From: the human T2T-CHM13v2.0 reference genome, Homo sapiens
DNA length: 64,000 bases
Strand: one strand, 5' to 3'
Assembly: GCF_009914755.1 (NCBI RefSeq)
Contig: NC_060942.1
A model generated the notes under the pieces. The model was not told the origin of the DNA. It worked only from the letters and a program-made list of their open reading frames with translations, and did not search any database. The translations under genes and the position numbers were made by a program. This document shows positions 1-10,695 of the stretch, one piece after another (position 1 is the stretch's first letter; every line of letters begins with the position of its first letter).

Positions 1-1384
1 TGGTCTTTTAGGCACATAAATCATAAAACTTAGATGTAACCATGTCTCTTAACTACATAAATGCACATACATCCAAGCATTTAATTGATTAATTACCCTC
101 TTTGAAATAATGATGTGTTAGATGAAAAATTTAATATTAACATTGACTTGGCTATGACTTCCAAGCGAGTCAAACTCTGAATTGTTAAGTAAGAAGTTTA
201 AAATCTTCTTTTGCTCAGTCTTAGTGAGAATGAGCTTTCCATTAAAGATATTGCATTCCATCCCATTTCTGCAGTACACTCAAGGAGGTTAACAACTAGG
301 CAAAGTTCAGAGAAGAGCAAGGGATGCTAAGAGATTGAGGAACTGATTTTCAACGAAACAAAACCCCCCATGCCACCCTTAAAGTAGTGTGTCAATTATT
401 AATTTCCCTTTAAATTCAGGAGGGCAGCCTCTATCTAGTTACTCACTAGGTGGAGAATAAGACATTGCTCTCTCTAATGATAAACCCACTATAACCCAGA
501 TTTGGCATAAAGCTATCAGGACTCAGGCCCTGCTTAGGATGTTTTAACATTTGGAATTATTAGAGTGTGTGGCATTGTCCAATCTCTTCTATTGAATGAC
601 ATCTTTGCCTGACTCTTAAGCGTATAAAAAAAGTAACCTTATTTCTATTTTTTCTTCAACCAGAATTATCTTTATTTCTAAATGAGAGTAAGGATACTTG
701 GACTTCTAAAGTACATTTCCAAAACAAGCTACTATGGTAAAACAATATATAATCAAGTAGAAAAGGTATAAAGGAAGCTATTTCCTCTACATCAACTGAA
801 TGAGCTACTTTCAAAAGTATTCTTTTGAAGATAGGGGACATGGGATCTCTCTTTTTCCCATACAGAGTTAAACAATGTGAGGATGTTCATTGTGGCAAAG
901 CCTTGTTCAGATTTAATTTTGATCCTTGAGGTTTGTCAGTCACAGTTCTTTGTACAGAATGAAGTCTTAGTAAATATATGCTTTTAAAATAATATTTATG
1001 TAAATGTGTTCTAAGCAGGGCATAGAACTCTTGGAGATTTATAGTGGAAATTTTTGAAAGAGAGAATGAGTGTCTAAAATTTTAAAAGGCAAAGTCCGAC
1101 CTATAACCTAGAAACCTATATAATAGATTGAATTTGAGATAGAAAATACAGTTAGCATAATTTAAAAAATTATAATTTGTTTCTTAGGTCAGTTTTGGAA
1201 AATTTAAAGGTAGGCTAAATATTGCATATTTTGTACTATGGAATGTATTAATATACAATTTCTCACAAAACAGTGGTATACAATTTATTTGGAATAAGCT
1301 GGAAAAAATGTATATATACAATATAATAAGCTTAAAATAAATGTTGGGGTTGGGGGAGAGGGCAGGAATTGACCTTAAATGAAC

Positions 1385-1530
1385 ACACTCTATGTTAATG
1401 ATCCTATGCTAGGTACATTATTCCTAGCAATTTCTAAACAAGGAAATTGAGGCTCAGTGTTTGTGACATTTGAATTCACTAAGTGCACCACAGATGAATA
1501 GACAAGTCTGTTAAATTCTAAAATCTAAAT
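1385..1530 (-). mobile_element. MIR SINE fragment
   Basis: Contains 'aaacaaggaaattgaggctcag', the reverse-strand MIR core; highly decayed. Confidence 0.5.
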
Positions 1531-1780
1531 TTTATCATAGTTACTTATTACTTTACAATAAGTTAGAGTTTTAAAATATTGCATACTTGCTCTTTTTAAA
1601 TCAGTTGTTACACTTGCAAAACCACTTCTTAATACTATAATTTATTCATGTCTTAAAGTTTGTCTGTCCATCCAATTGCTTTGCTCACTGCTTTTTCTAA
1701 CCTTTTCCTTGCCATCTGCTCACCCACACTGCTGATTTTTCCTACCAGCAGGTGTCAAGTTTCTTCAATCTGTTCAACTC

Positions 1781-2259
1781 TGATATTCTTCAACTCTGGC
1801 AAACTTTAGTCAGGCCCCTCTGAGCCCTTTTCTTGACTAGTTCTCAATCTCAGGTTTCTGTCTTAGTCCTTGCCTTGCCTCCCAGTTTTAGTAAAAATCC
1901 TGCTAAGTCAGGTTTTAAGAAATTCTCCACCCTTACTCTCTGATCGCATGTGATATCTGATCAAATTTTCATCTTCCAACATCCCCCAGATGATATCTGA
2001 TCACCTTTGCCTGCCTTCAGCAAGAATCCTGCTGGGTGGGTTTAGCCAAAATCCTGCTACTGTTGCTGTCTCCTCTTAGTAATTTTCCATTCACCCATCC
2101 ATCAGCCTGCTCCTTGGTTACAAATCCCCCCTTGTTTTGCCATATTAGGAATTAAGCCCAGCTCTATTCTGAGGTCTCTTTTCCCATATTGTAATAAATT
2201 CATGAATAAAATCTGTTTTTACCTTTTTAACTACTGTCTGATTCTGGTTTTCTTTGACA
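1781..2259 (+). mobile_element. ERV1 solo LTR, MER31/MER67-like
   Basis: TG...CA termini; 'aaactttagtcaggcccctctgagccc', repeated 'tgatatctgatca', AATAAA near 2205 and ending 'ttttctttgaca' resemble MER31/MER67-group LTRs. Confidence 0.7.
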
Positions 2260-3139
2260 CCTCCACTACAAAAAGCTGTAAAGTCGTAATTTGCTTCCAT
2301 GATCTCAAATTCTAAAATGTCTTTGATTTCAACTACTCATCTTTTTACTTGCACTAATTCCTAATGTTAATGGAACCAGTTTTTCACACTCATTTTCAAC
2401 TCCTTAAGAGTACAGGGGTAATAATAATGGAGGCATGCCATGGTGAATGATAAAATATTCATGGATATTCTTTTATCTGTAGAGGAGATTATAGTTTCAA
2501 AATTATTTTATACATGTTGACATCAACTATGAACTCTATTTTTCAACATATTCTATTTCTCATTATATATGTAAAACACATACTGAATATGGTTATTTTA
2601 AACAAAAAAATGAATGAAATTAGAGCATTCCTTTTTGGAGCACTGCTCCAATACAGCCTATTGAATCAAAAAAGCCTCTCCTTGACAAGACTTTGACAAG
2701 AAAGGAGGTAAGCTCTTGTGAGGGTCTCTCTAATTGTGGATATAGTACTTCCTACTAGTGGTTGTAATTATTCCAGAACAGGGATTTTTTTTTTTTCCTA
2801 CCTTGTAGTACTACGCCTCCAGGTATCCAGCTGAAAATTTGTCATGAAATTGCTCTGCATTAGATGCTTCTCATTATCTTCTTTATTTTCAAACAGAAAA
2901 GTCATAGAATTTGCATCAGAATAGTGATGCTATACTGCCATGTGCATTCCAGTCTATGTACTATGTACGATACAGACCTATGTTATCCATCAGTGGCAGT
3001 AACCAACTTGCTCCGTTTGCACTCTGCTGTTGTTAAAGGAAACATTACTATCATTCAGAGCCATCAGTAGTGTACAGAATTCCTCTGTACTGGTTCCTGT
3101 AAAACGAACAGTCTATGTTACAGTATATTGAAAAGAATT

Positions 3140-3340
3140 AGAGATATAGCATGAGAAATATTTTATTTGAATCCTGGTTCTTCAGTTTAATATCTGTGGT
3201 ACTCAAGCTTTGTGATGCTTTGTTTCCCCAACTGTAAAATGGGGTAAAACATCTACTTCTCTATGTTATAACAGTATTAAATGATTTTAGATTTATTAAC
3301 AGCTAGCATTGTGTATAGTATACATAGGAAGTGCTTTTTA
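3140..3340 (+). mobile_element. MIR SINE
   Basis: 'tttgaatcctggttct' and 'tgtttccccaactgtaaaatgggg' match the MIR core. Confidence 0.7.
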
Positions 3341-4300
3341 CCTGGCTGATATTCTTCATATTATGTGGATCTTTCTGTAGTGAATCATTGGTATGATATT
3401 ATTCAGTGCAATATAATCATTTTAAACATTTATTTTTATGGTGAAATTGGGATTAAGTCATGTTACAATGCCAGGAGAGAATTTTCTCAGTTTCCTGTTG
3501 TAGAGTTTTCTTCTTTTTAAATAGCAGCTTATACTTAATGACAACAGGGGTAAAAGGGAAAGTGACAGGAGAGAATTGAATTGACCAGGGAGATAAGGGA
3601 TAACTAAACATAGTGTATTTTTTCTATTTAGGAAATAAATAGGAGATCCAAATAAATTATGAATGATGTTACTCAAAAAAGCAAAAAATACATTTTGCAT
3701 CATATCCAATGTCATGAGTACTCTCTCTCTAGTAAGTAACAATGCAGTGGAAAGGGTGGTTTGGGAAGTGAGAGTAGACCCTTTGAAACCTCCAACAATG
3801 ATGAAGCCATTTAAATTAAACATTCTTTCAAAGTAATAATTCCAGCTGTGCTCATACAGCCTTAAGACATGCCCCTTGATAAGTTCTATCAACAAAATGG
3901 CTATCCTACATCTGGATCTGCCACTGCCTCAGCCCGTCACTGACTCTTCAATCTTTTGCTTACCTGCTTTCACTTATCTTACACGTTTCTAATATTCTAC
4001 TAACAGTAAGAATTTTGTTGTTGTTTTGTTTACTTTTTTTCCTCCTGTCTCATCAGTACATCTAATCAGTAGGATCATTTTTTTTCTTTCATTTAACTGC
4101 TCTATTGTACAATTACCTATACATATATGGGTATATTCCCTAATAACATGTCCAGGTCTTCTTTTCATCTGATGTGAACGTCAGCTTTTTCATCCATATG
4201 AGTCTCTTTCAAGCTCTAGTTTCAGAATTATACTGGGCATTTCAGTATATATGATTTGTCTATCCTCTTACCTTCATTATATTTTAAAAATCATACCACT

Positions 4301-4682
<382 letters not shown>

Positions 4683-4789
4683 TCAGTCCCCAAATCCTGC
4701 CCAGTTTACCTTTCTCTATTATACTTGTCTTATTTTTTTGACTACCAGGGTTTGCCTTTCACCATCTTTGACCCAGAAAAGTGTTAATT

Positions 4790-4926
4790 GTTTCTAACCT
4801 TATCTCTAGTTAGAGGTTAGTCGGCAGTTTCCATTTATACTGAGTTGGGTTTTGGTTGGCTTATGTAGAAACCCAGGACAGTGGAGTCACCTCAGCCTTA
4901 TGGCCTCCCAGTTAATTGTTTTAACA
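4790..4926 (-). mobile_element. ERV1 (MER4-group) LTR 5' fragment
   Basis: Reverse complement begins 'tgttaaaacaattaactgggaggccataaggctgaggtgactcc...aaacccaactcagt', typical of MER4-group LTR starts; exact family uncertain. Confidence 0.55.
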
Positions 4927-5019
4927 GAATATTTGAAATTTCAGGTGAGTGAAAAGAGCAAATGATGCATTTACTATTTTTATCTTACATTCTTGGAGCC
5001 CAGAATGTTGCCATGCAAA

Positions 5020-5170
5020 ATGTAGTTTTTAAACCAACAGCATGAGTACCACCTGGGAGCTTGTTAGAAATGCAGACTCTTGGGTTTCATCCCAGATCTA
5101 CTGAATCAGAATCTTCATTCTGTGAGAAACTCATGCAATTTATATGTACAGTAAATTTACAAGGCACTGG
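5020..5170. mobile_element. MER5-family hAT-Charlie DNA transposon
   Basis: 'cacctgggagcttgttagaaatgcagactct...cccagatctactgaatcagaatct' is the MER5A signature. Confidence 0.8.
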
Positions 5171-7279
5171 CTAAGATTGCAAGCTTCTTGAAGGTAAAAG
5201 TCATATAAGTTAAAAATGCTATGAAGTTTGCTTTCCTTAGTAAATTCCTAGAATGAAGTTACATGTTTGTGAGTAAATGCAGATGTAGCCAATCACTTCT
5301 TTCAATATAATCAAAATTGACAGCCAGCACAGTCTACAATTAATGTCAAGAGACCTTACTGCTCTCTTCTTTCTTGCCCCTGCCTAGGTCATTCCATTAA
5401 TTGAGCCCTGGGAAACATTTCAATGACAACTGCAGCAAATGGTTTGATTTCTCTTTCAGTTTACATTTGCAAGCAAAAAAGAAAGGAGGAGGGATAAAGA
5501 AAGAACATTACAAACAGCATAATGCAAATGAGGCCCCTTTAAACAGCAAGCAATCTGCATAGGTACATGCCTTATGCTATAGTCCCAAATGCAATCATTA
5601 GACTGCTTTCCCACCAGGGAAAGAGAAGACATTGAGTGCTATTGAACATTGCCAATTTTTATAGTGGATCAGCTTGAAAATATTTAGCACAGATGTTTCT
5701 GTAATTGTGACACATTGGGAAAATTCACATGTTCAATAGCCCTCTAACTCTCTCTTCCATCTGTGCAGTGTGATGGTCCACAGTTACTGCACAAGGCCAT
5801 TATATGAAACAGAGAGTAATGGGGTCTGGCTCAAGACCTATAGAAAGATTCTCTTGTACCATCTGTGCTCCTCTATTTGCTTGCAGGTATATGTGTGTTT
5901 GTACTTATTTATGATTGTTGTTATCACATACCTAAAAAGCTGCATCTCTTTCTTGCACTCTGTGGTTAAGCAGAGCTTAGCCCACAACCAGGATCTGGAG
6001 AGAATGAGTGGAATAGAGAATTGGAACACAGAAAGCTCACTTTTTTTTCTTTGGCTCCAGCCTCAATTCTAATCAAGGTCAGCAATGGCTGAAAGTTTTT
6101 TTTATGAGCTGCTGGTTGTTCGATGAATGCAAAGTAAGCTGGCAGACTCATTTGGGTTCCCAGTGAACAGTTGCCCAAGTTACAAACCATTGGCTTCCTG
6201 GTTTTTATCTGAGCAAAGAGATCTCCTAGCAGAGTGGTCTTTCTGACTATTCCTGTCCTCAGTGTTCTCATTCTCTTCTCTCAAATATAGAATTTTGAAT
6301 CCAGCTTCTGCATCTGTGTCACACTGTTTAGTGCCTTCTCATGTCTTGTTCTTCCTGGGCTATTCTTCTGTTTAGATTATTATTTTATTATCTACTAACT
6401 AGATTATAAATTCCATAAGGATAGGGATTACTTCTGTTACTCTCCTTTCATTTGTACTCTTTGCTCACACAGTTCTAAATTTGTTACTCCCTGAAGATAG
6501 AATTCATACAAATATGATCAACTATCATCTACTTGCATATAAATTTTTTAAAGAATATAGTTAAAATATGCTATGGGTGTGTAAAGATTGGACTATTCCA
6601 TTTTCGATTATATGCTGTGTTCTTCTCCAGCCTCTGGCCTCTAGTCATGTTGATACTAAGAAGCAGTTGCAAAATACCAAACTGTTTATCTGGCTTTTCT
6701 CTCCTGAAACAAACTACAAGATGAACAGTTTTCAAACCATTCAATCATTTTTAATGTGACCCCAGAAACATTTTGGTATAGTATTTTCAACTAGAGCTAT
6801 AAACATTTCATGTATTTTGCAAGTAATTTGCAGGTTGAGTAAGCTATCCTTGCCTAGATTGCTCATAAATTGAAGCCTGTCTATCTCACATCATCATAGG
6901 CACCTTAGAAGAACTACTAAGCCAAATTATGTAGCTAATTTTATCTTTAAACAATGATTACCAATTATAAAGCTTTAGGAAATAGTATACTTGGAATCTG
7001 ACCTAAAGAGATAAGAAACAATTTTTATTCTATGTTCTATGTCTCAACAAATACTTTGCTCTATGTCACGGCCTGAAGAATCTCACATAACTATTACTAG
7101 AGTTAGATGCATATTTTTGGTGAAAGAATTCTAAAATATGCATAGAAGGGAATGTTGAAATAAACGGTTCTAGTAATTAAAAGAAAATTTTATTATATCT
7201 GCTCAGCCATACACATTGTGAGAAGATAGGAATACACATAGTGTTGAATTATCGTTTATATTTTCAATTATTTATAGTA

Positions 7280-7590
7280 TTTTCATTAAACAAATGTTGA
7301 TTGTATATTTTTATGTGTTAAGCAAAAGCCAGAGTGTTGATACACCAATATGAAAAAATAAAATAGATGTGGTATCTGTCTTCTTAAAGCTTGTAATCCA
7401 ACAAGGATTTAGGAAAATGCATGGGCAATTAATACACAGAATGATGAGCTGAATCTTTATATAAATAGGATAACATGAAAGCCCATGGAAGACACCTAAC
7501 TCTTACAGCTTCCCCTAAGAAGAAGTAGAGAGCAATAATGTTGCTTCAAAAAAGAAGCATCTATGAAGCTCTAGAAGTAAGAGACATTTT
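7280..7590 (-). mobile_element. L2 LINE 3' fragment
   Basis: 'ttcattaaacaaatgttgattg...tatctgtcttcttaaagcttgtaatc' resembles the antisense L2 3' end. Confidence 0.5.
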
Positions 7591-7694
7591 ATAGCGTAAT
7601 TATGTCATGAAACTAATTAGCACCATATAAATTCAGATTATATCCAACGGACCCATTTCCAAGACATAAGAAGTAGAAGCCACAGCATTACAAC

Positions 7695-7695
<1 letters not shown>

Positions 7696-7745
<50 letters not shown>

Positions 7746-7843
7746 TATATATACCAAATGTATGTATACCAAATGTATATACACACACATATATATACAC
7801 ATACATATATATATTTTATATATATACACACACATATATATAT

Positions 7844-7887
<44 letters not shown>

Positions 7888-7895
7888 CACACACT
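7696..7895. repeat. Compound (CA)n/(TA)n microsatellite
   Basis: Two long CA runs separated by TA-rich low-complexity sequence. Confidence 0.95.
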
Positions 7896-8011
7896 AAGGA
7901 ACAATTGCGTATATAATTGTTCCATATAACAATTGCATAAATAATTGTTCCATGTAACAATTGCAATATATTATATTATGAAATGGGTCTATAACATTAT
8001 AGAGAGATGTA

Positions 8012-8066
8012 ATATATATATATATATATATTTAGAGAGAGATAGAGAGAGATAGAGAGAGAAAGA
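8012..8066. repeat. (TA)n-(GA)n microsatellite
   Basis: Directly visible. Confidence 0.9.
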
Positions 8067-8439
8067 GACCAAAATATATGCATTCTTAAAACTAATCATG
8101 CTAGGCAAAATTGTATAATAAAAACCACTAGGGTTACAGAAAAAATGGGGCATGAAACTGAGAAACTTTATCCATGACACATACAAAAAAGGAGAAAACA
8201 TAATAAAAATGGTGGCAAAGTTTTACATGTGTTTAATGATTAAGATACACACAAATATTCAATAAATATAACATTTTATGTTTAAATTTTATGTTTAAAA
8301 ATCCCTGGAGTTTGCCTGTGAAAGTGGGCATTAGAAAGGTTGCAGTTTGTGAGTTATTGTGAAATGCCACAAAGAGAATTATACGAAATTGGATGAAAAC
8401 TTGTCACACCAGATGTGAAAAGATATGTTTGTCTTTCCT

Positions 8440-8990
8440 TAGTCACAGATTTGGCAGTTTCCATGAGTCAGAAGTCTGGGCATAGTGTAGTTCAGCTGGT
8501 TCTCTGCTTCAGGTTTCAAAATCAACGTGTTGGCAAGGCGGTTTTTTCCACGGGATCCTCTGGGAAGGATTCAATCCACTTCCAAGTTCATCCAGTTGCT
8601 GCAGAAGCCATTTCTTGAGGGATACAAGGTGAAGTCCCAATTTTCCTATTAGCTGTTAGATGAAGGCTTCCTTGTTCCTACAGGCCTCTCTCTAGTCCAT
8701 ACATGTGGTCCCTGCATCTCAGAACCAGTGACTGTATGTCAAACCATTCCAGTGCTTGGGAACTCTCCTTCTGTTTCATATTTCTTGCTCTAGCCAGAGA
8801 AAGCTCTGTTTTTAAGGGCTCATGTGATTAGATTAGGCCCATTGTATAACCCAGAATAATCTTTTTTAAATTACATCAATGATTAGTAACTTCCATTAAA
8901 TCTATGAAGTCCTTTCACCATATAACATAATATTCATCGGTTCCTAGGATCAGGGAATGGACATTTTGGGGGCCTATTCTGTCTACCTCA
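8440..8990 (-). mobile_element. MLT1 (MLT1E/F-like) MaLR LTR
   Basis: 'gtcagaagtctgggcatag', 'ccacttccaagttcatccagttg', 'aagggctcatgtgattagattaggcc', ending 'gggggcctattctgtctacctca'. Confidence 0.8.
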
Positions 8991-9063
8991 ATGAGTGTGG
9001 TTTATAAGATACATGGTTGACTTAGGTAGCTGGCAGATGTTTGAGATGTATGCATTTTATGTG

Positions 9064-9406
9064 CAGTCATGCATCACTTAGTGACAGGGATATGTTCTGA
9101 GAAATGTGTTTTTAGGCAATTTTGTCCTTGTGCAAACATCATAGTGTATACTTACGCAAACCTAGATGGTATAGCCTACTAGACCCAGGCTATAGCAGCC
9201 TATTTTCTCCTAGGCTACAAACCTGTACAGCATGCTACTGTACTGAATACTGTAGGCAATGGTAATACAATGCTAAGTATTTGTTTATTTAAACATATCT
9301 AAATATAGAAAAGGTACAGTACAAATATGGCATTATAATCTTATGAGACCACTCTCATATATGCAGTCTATCATTGATCTAAACATTGTTATGTGGCATA
9401 TGATTG
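9064..9406. mobile_element. Tigger3a (MER7A-type) non-autonomous DNA transposon
   Basis: TIRs 'cagtcatgcatcacttagtgac' and 'gttatgtggcatatgattg' followed by TA; internal 'aaacctagatggtatagcctact'; ~340 bp. Confidence 0.85.
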
Positions 9407-10150
9407 TATTCCTATGTGGCTCCTTTCAGCTGGGTGACAATTTTTGCACCAACTAGAACTTCTTATGGAAAAAACCAGGCATAAACAACCATGAAATTTG
9501 TATTATGCCCACATTGTTTCTAAAATGTCAATTGTGTTGGAACAAATTTGTGTTTTCAAAATAACCACTATAGCAGAATTGATTGTACATATTTTAAAGA
9601 AAGAACACTACAGTTGGCTTTTATAAATATAGTTATAGTGGCAGGTTCATAGGCACAGTGGGTAGAGAAATCTGCCGTATTTCAGATATATTCTAACTAT
9701 AAGAATCTGGATAAATGCCAGCTTTTTCTAGACTCTAATTGCCTCACAAGTCAAATAAGGGGTTTGGCCAAATTGTCTTGCAAGTCTCTTTTAGATAGAA
9801 AAATAATTTTCATAATAAATCTAAGCTCATAGAAAATGTATCAATAACTTGTTAACAATATGTGAAGAAGTGATGATTATTTTCATATATGTAGATGGAT
9901 ACATCTGGCCCAAGGCTTTATCCAAGTCCATTAGCCAACAAAATGATATTTTCATGCACTTACGAGACCCCAAAAGGATATATTTTTAAATATATTTTGT
10001 ATAGCTATATATTTGATCCTAGGAATGCAAATGGAAAAAATGGAAGTAAAAGGAAGCTTTTAAAAGGATGATAGGACCTAAATATTAGCTGGTGATGAAA
10101 TATGAGAGGTCTTCAAAAATTTCATGGAAAATGCATATTATGAAAAAACT

Positions 10151-10436
10151 GGCCAAGCATGGTGGCTCATGCCTGTAATCCCAGCACTTTGGGAGGTTGA
10201 GGCAGGCAGATCACTTGAGCTCAGGAGTTTGTGACCAGCCTGGGTAATATGGTGAAAGTCCATCTCTACAAAAAACACAAAAAATTAGCTAGGCATAATG
10301 CCATGAGCCTGTAGTCTCACTTACTTGAGGGGCTGGGCTCAGCCTAAGATGCTGAGGCTGCAGTGAGCTCAGATTGCACCACTGCACTGCAACCTGGGTG
10401 ACAAAGTGAGACCCTGTATCAAAAAAAAAAAAAAAA
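10151..10436 (+). mobile_element. AluJ (AluJb-like) with small right-arm deletion
   Basis: 'gatcacttgagctcaggagttt', 'gtgagaccctgt', A-tail; TSD gaaaaaact / gaaaaaaatt (second copy after the purine tract). Confidence 0.9.
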
Positions 10437-10445
10437 GAAAGAAAG

Positions 10446-10479
<34 letters not shown>

Positions 10480-10636
10480 GAGGAAAAAGTGAAAGGAAAG
10501 GAAAGGAAAGGGAGGGGAGGGGGGAGGGGAGGGGAGGGGAGGGGGAGGGGAGGGGGAGGGGAGGGAAGGGGAGGGGGAGGGGAGGGGGAGGGGAGGGGGA
10601 GGGGAGGGGGAGGGGGAAAGGGAAAGGGAAAGGGAG
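10437..10636 (+). repeat. Polypurine tract (GAAA)n > (GGAAA)n > (GGGGA)n
   Basis: About 200 bp of almost exclusively purines extending the Alu tail. Confidence 0.95.
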
Positions 10637-10695
10637 AAAAAAATTATGCTTGCATTTCAAAATTGTTTGCACCAACATAAGCTTGTACTAACTTG

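Noticed and set aside
3458-3895. 145-aa minus-strand ORF
   Set aside because: Non-ATG start, composition driven by AT-rich DNA, no recognisable domain or exon structure.
7638-7966. Cys/Val/Tyr/Ile-rich ORFs
   Set aside because: Translations of CA/TA microsatellites.
10289-10680. Pro-rich and Gly/Arg-rich ORFs
   Set aside because: Translations of the polypurine tract and the Alu.
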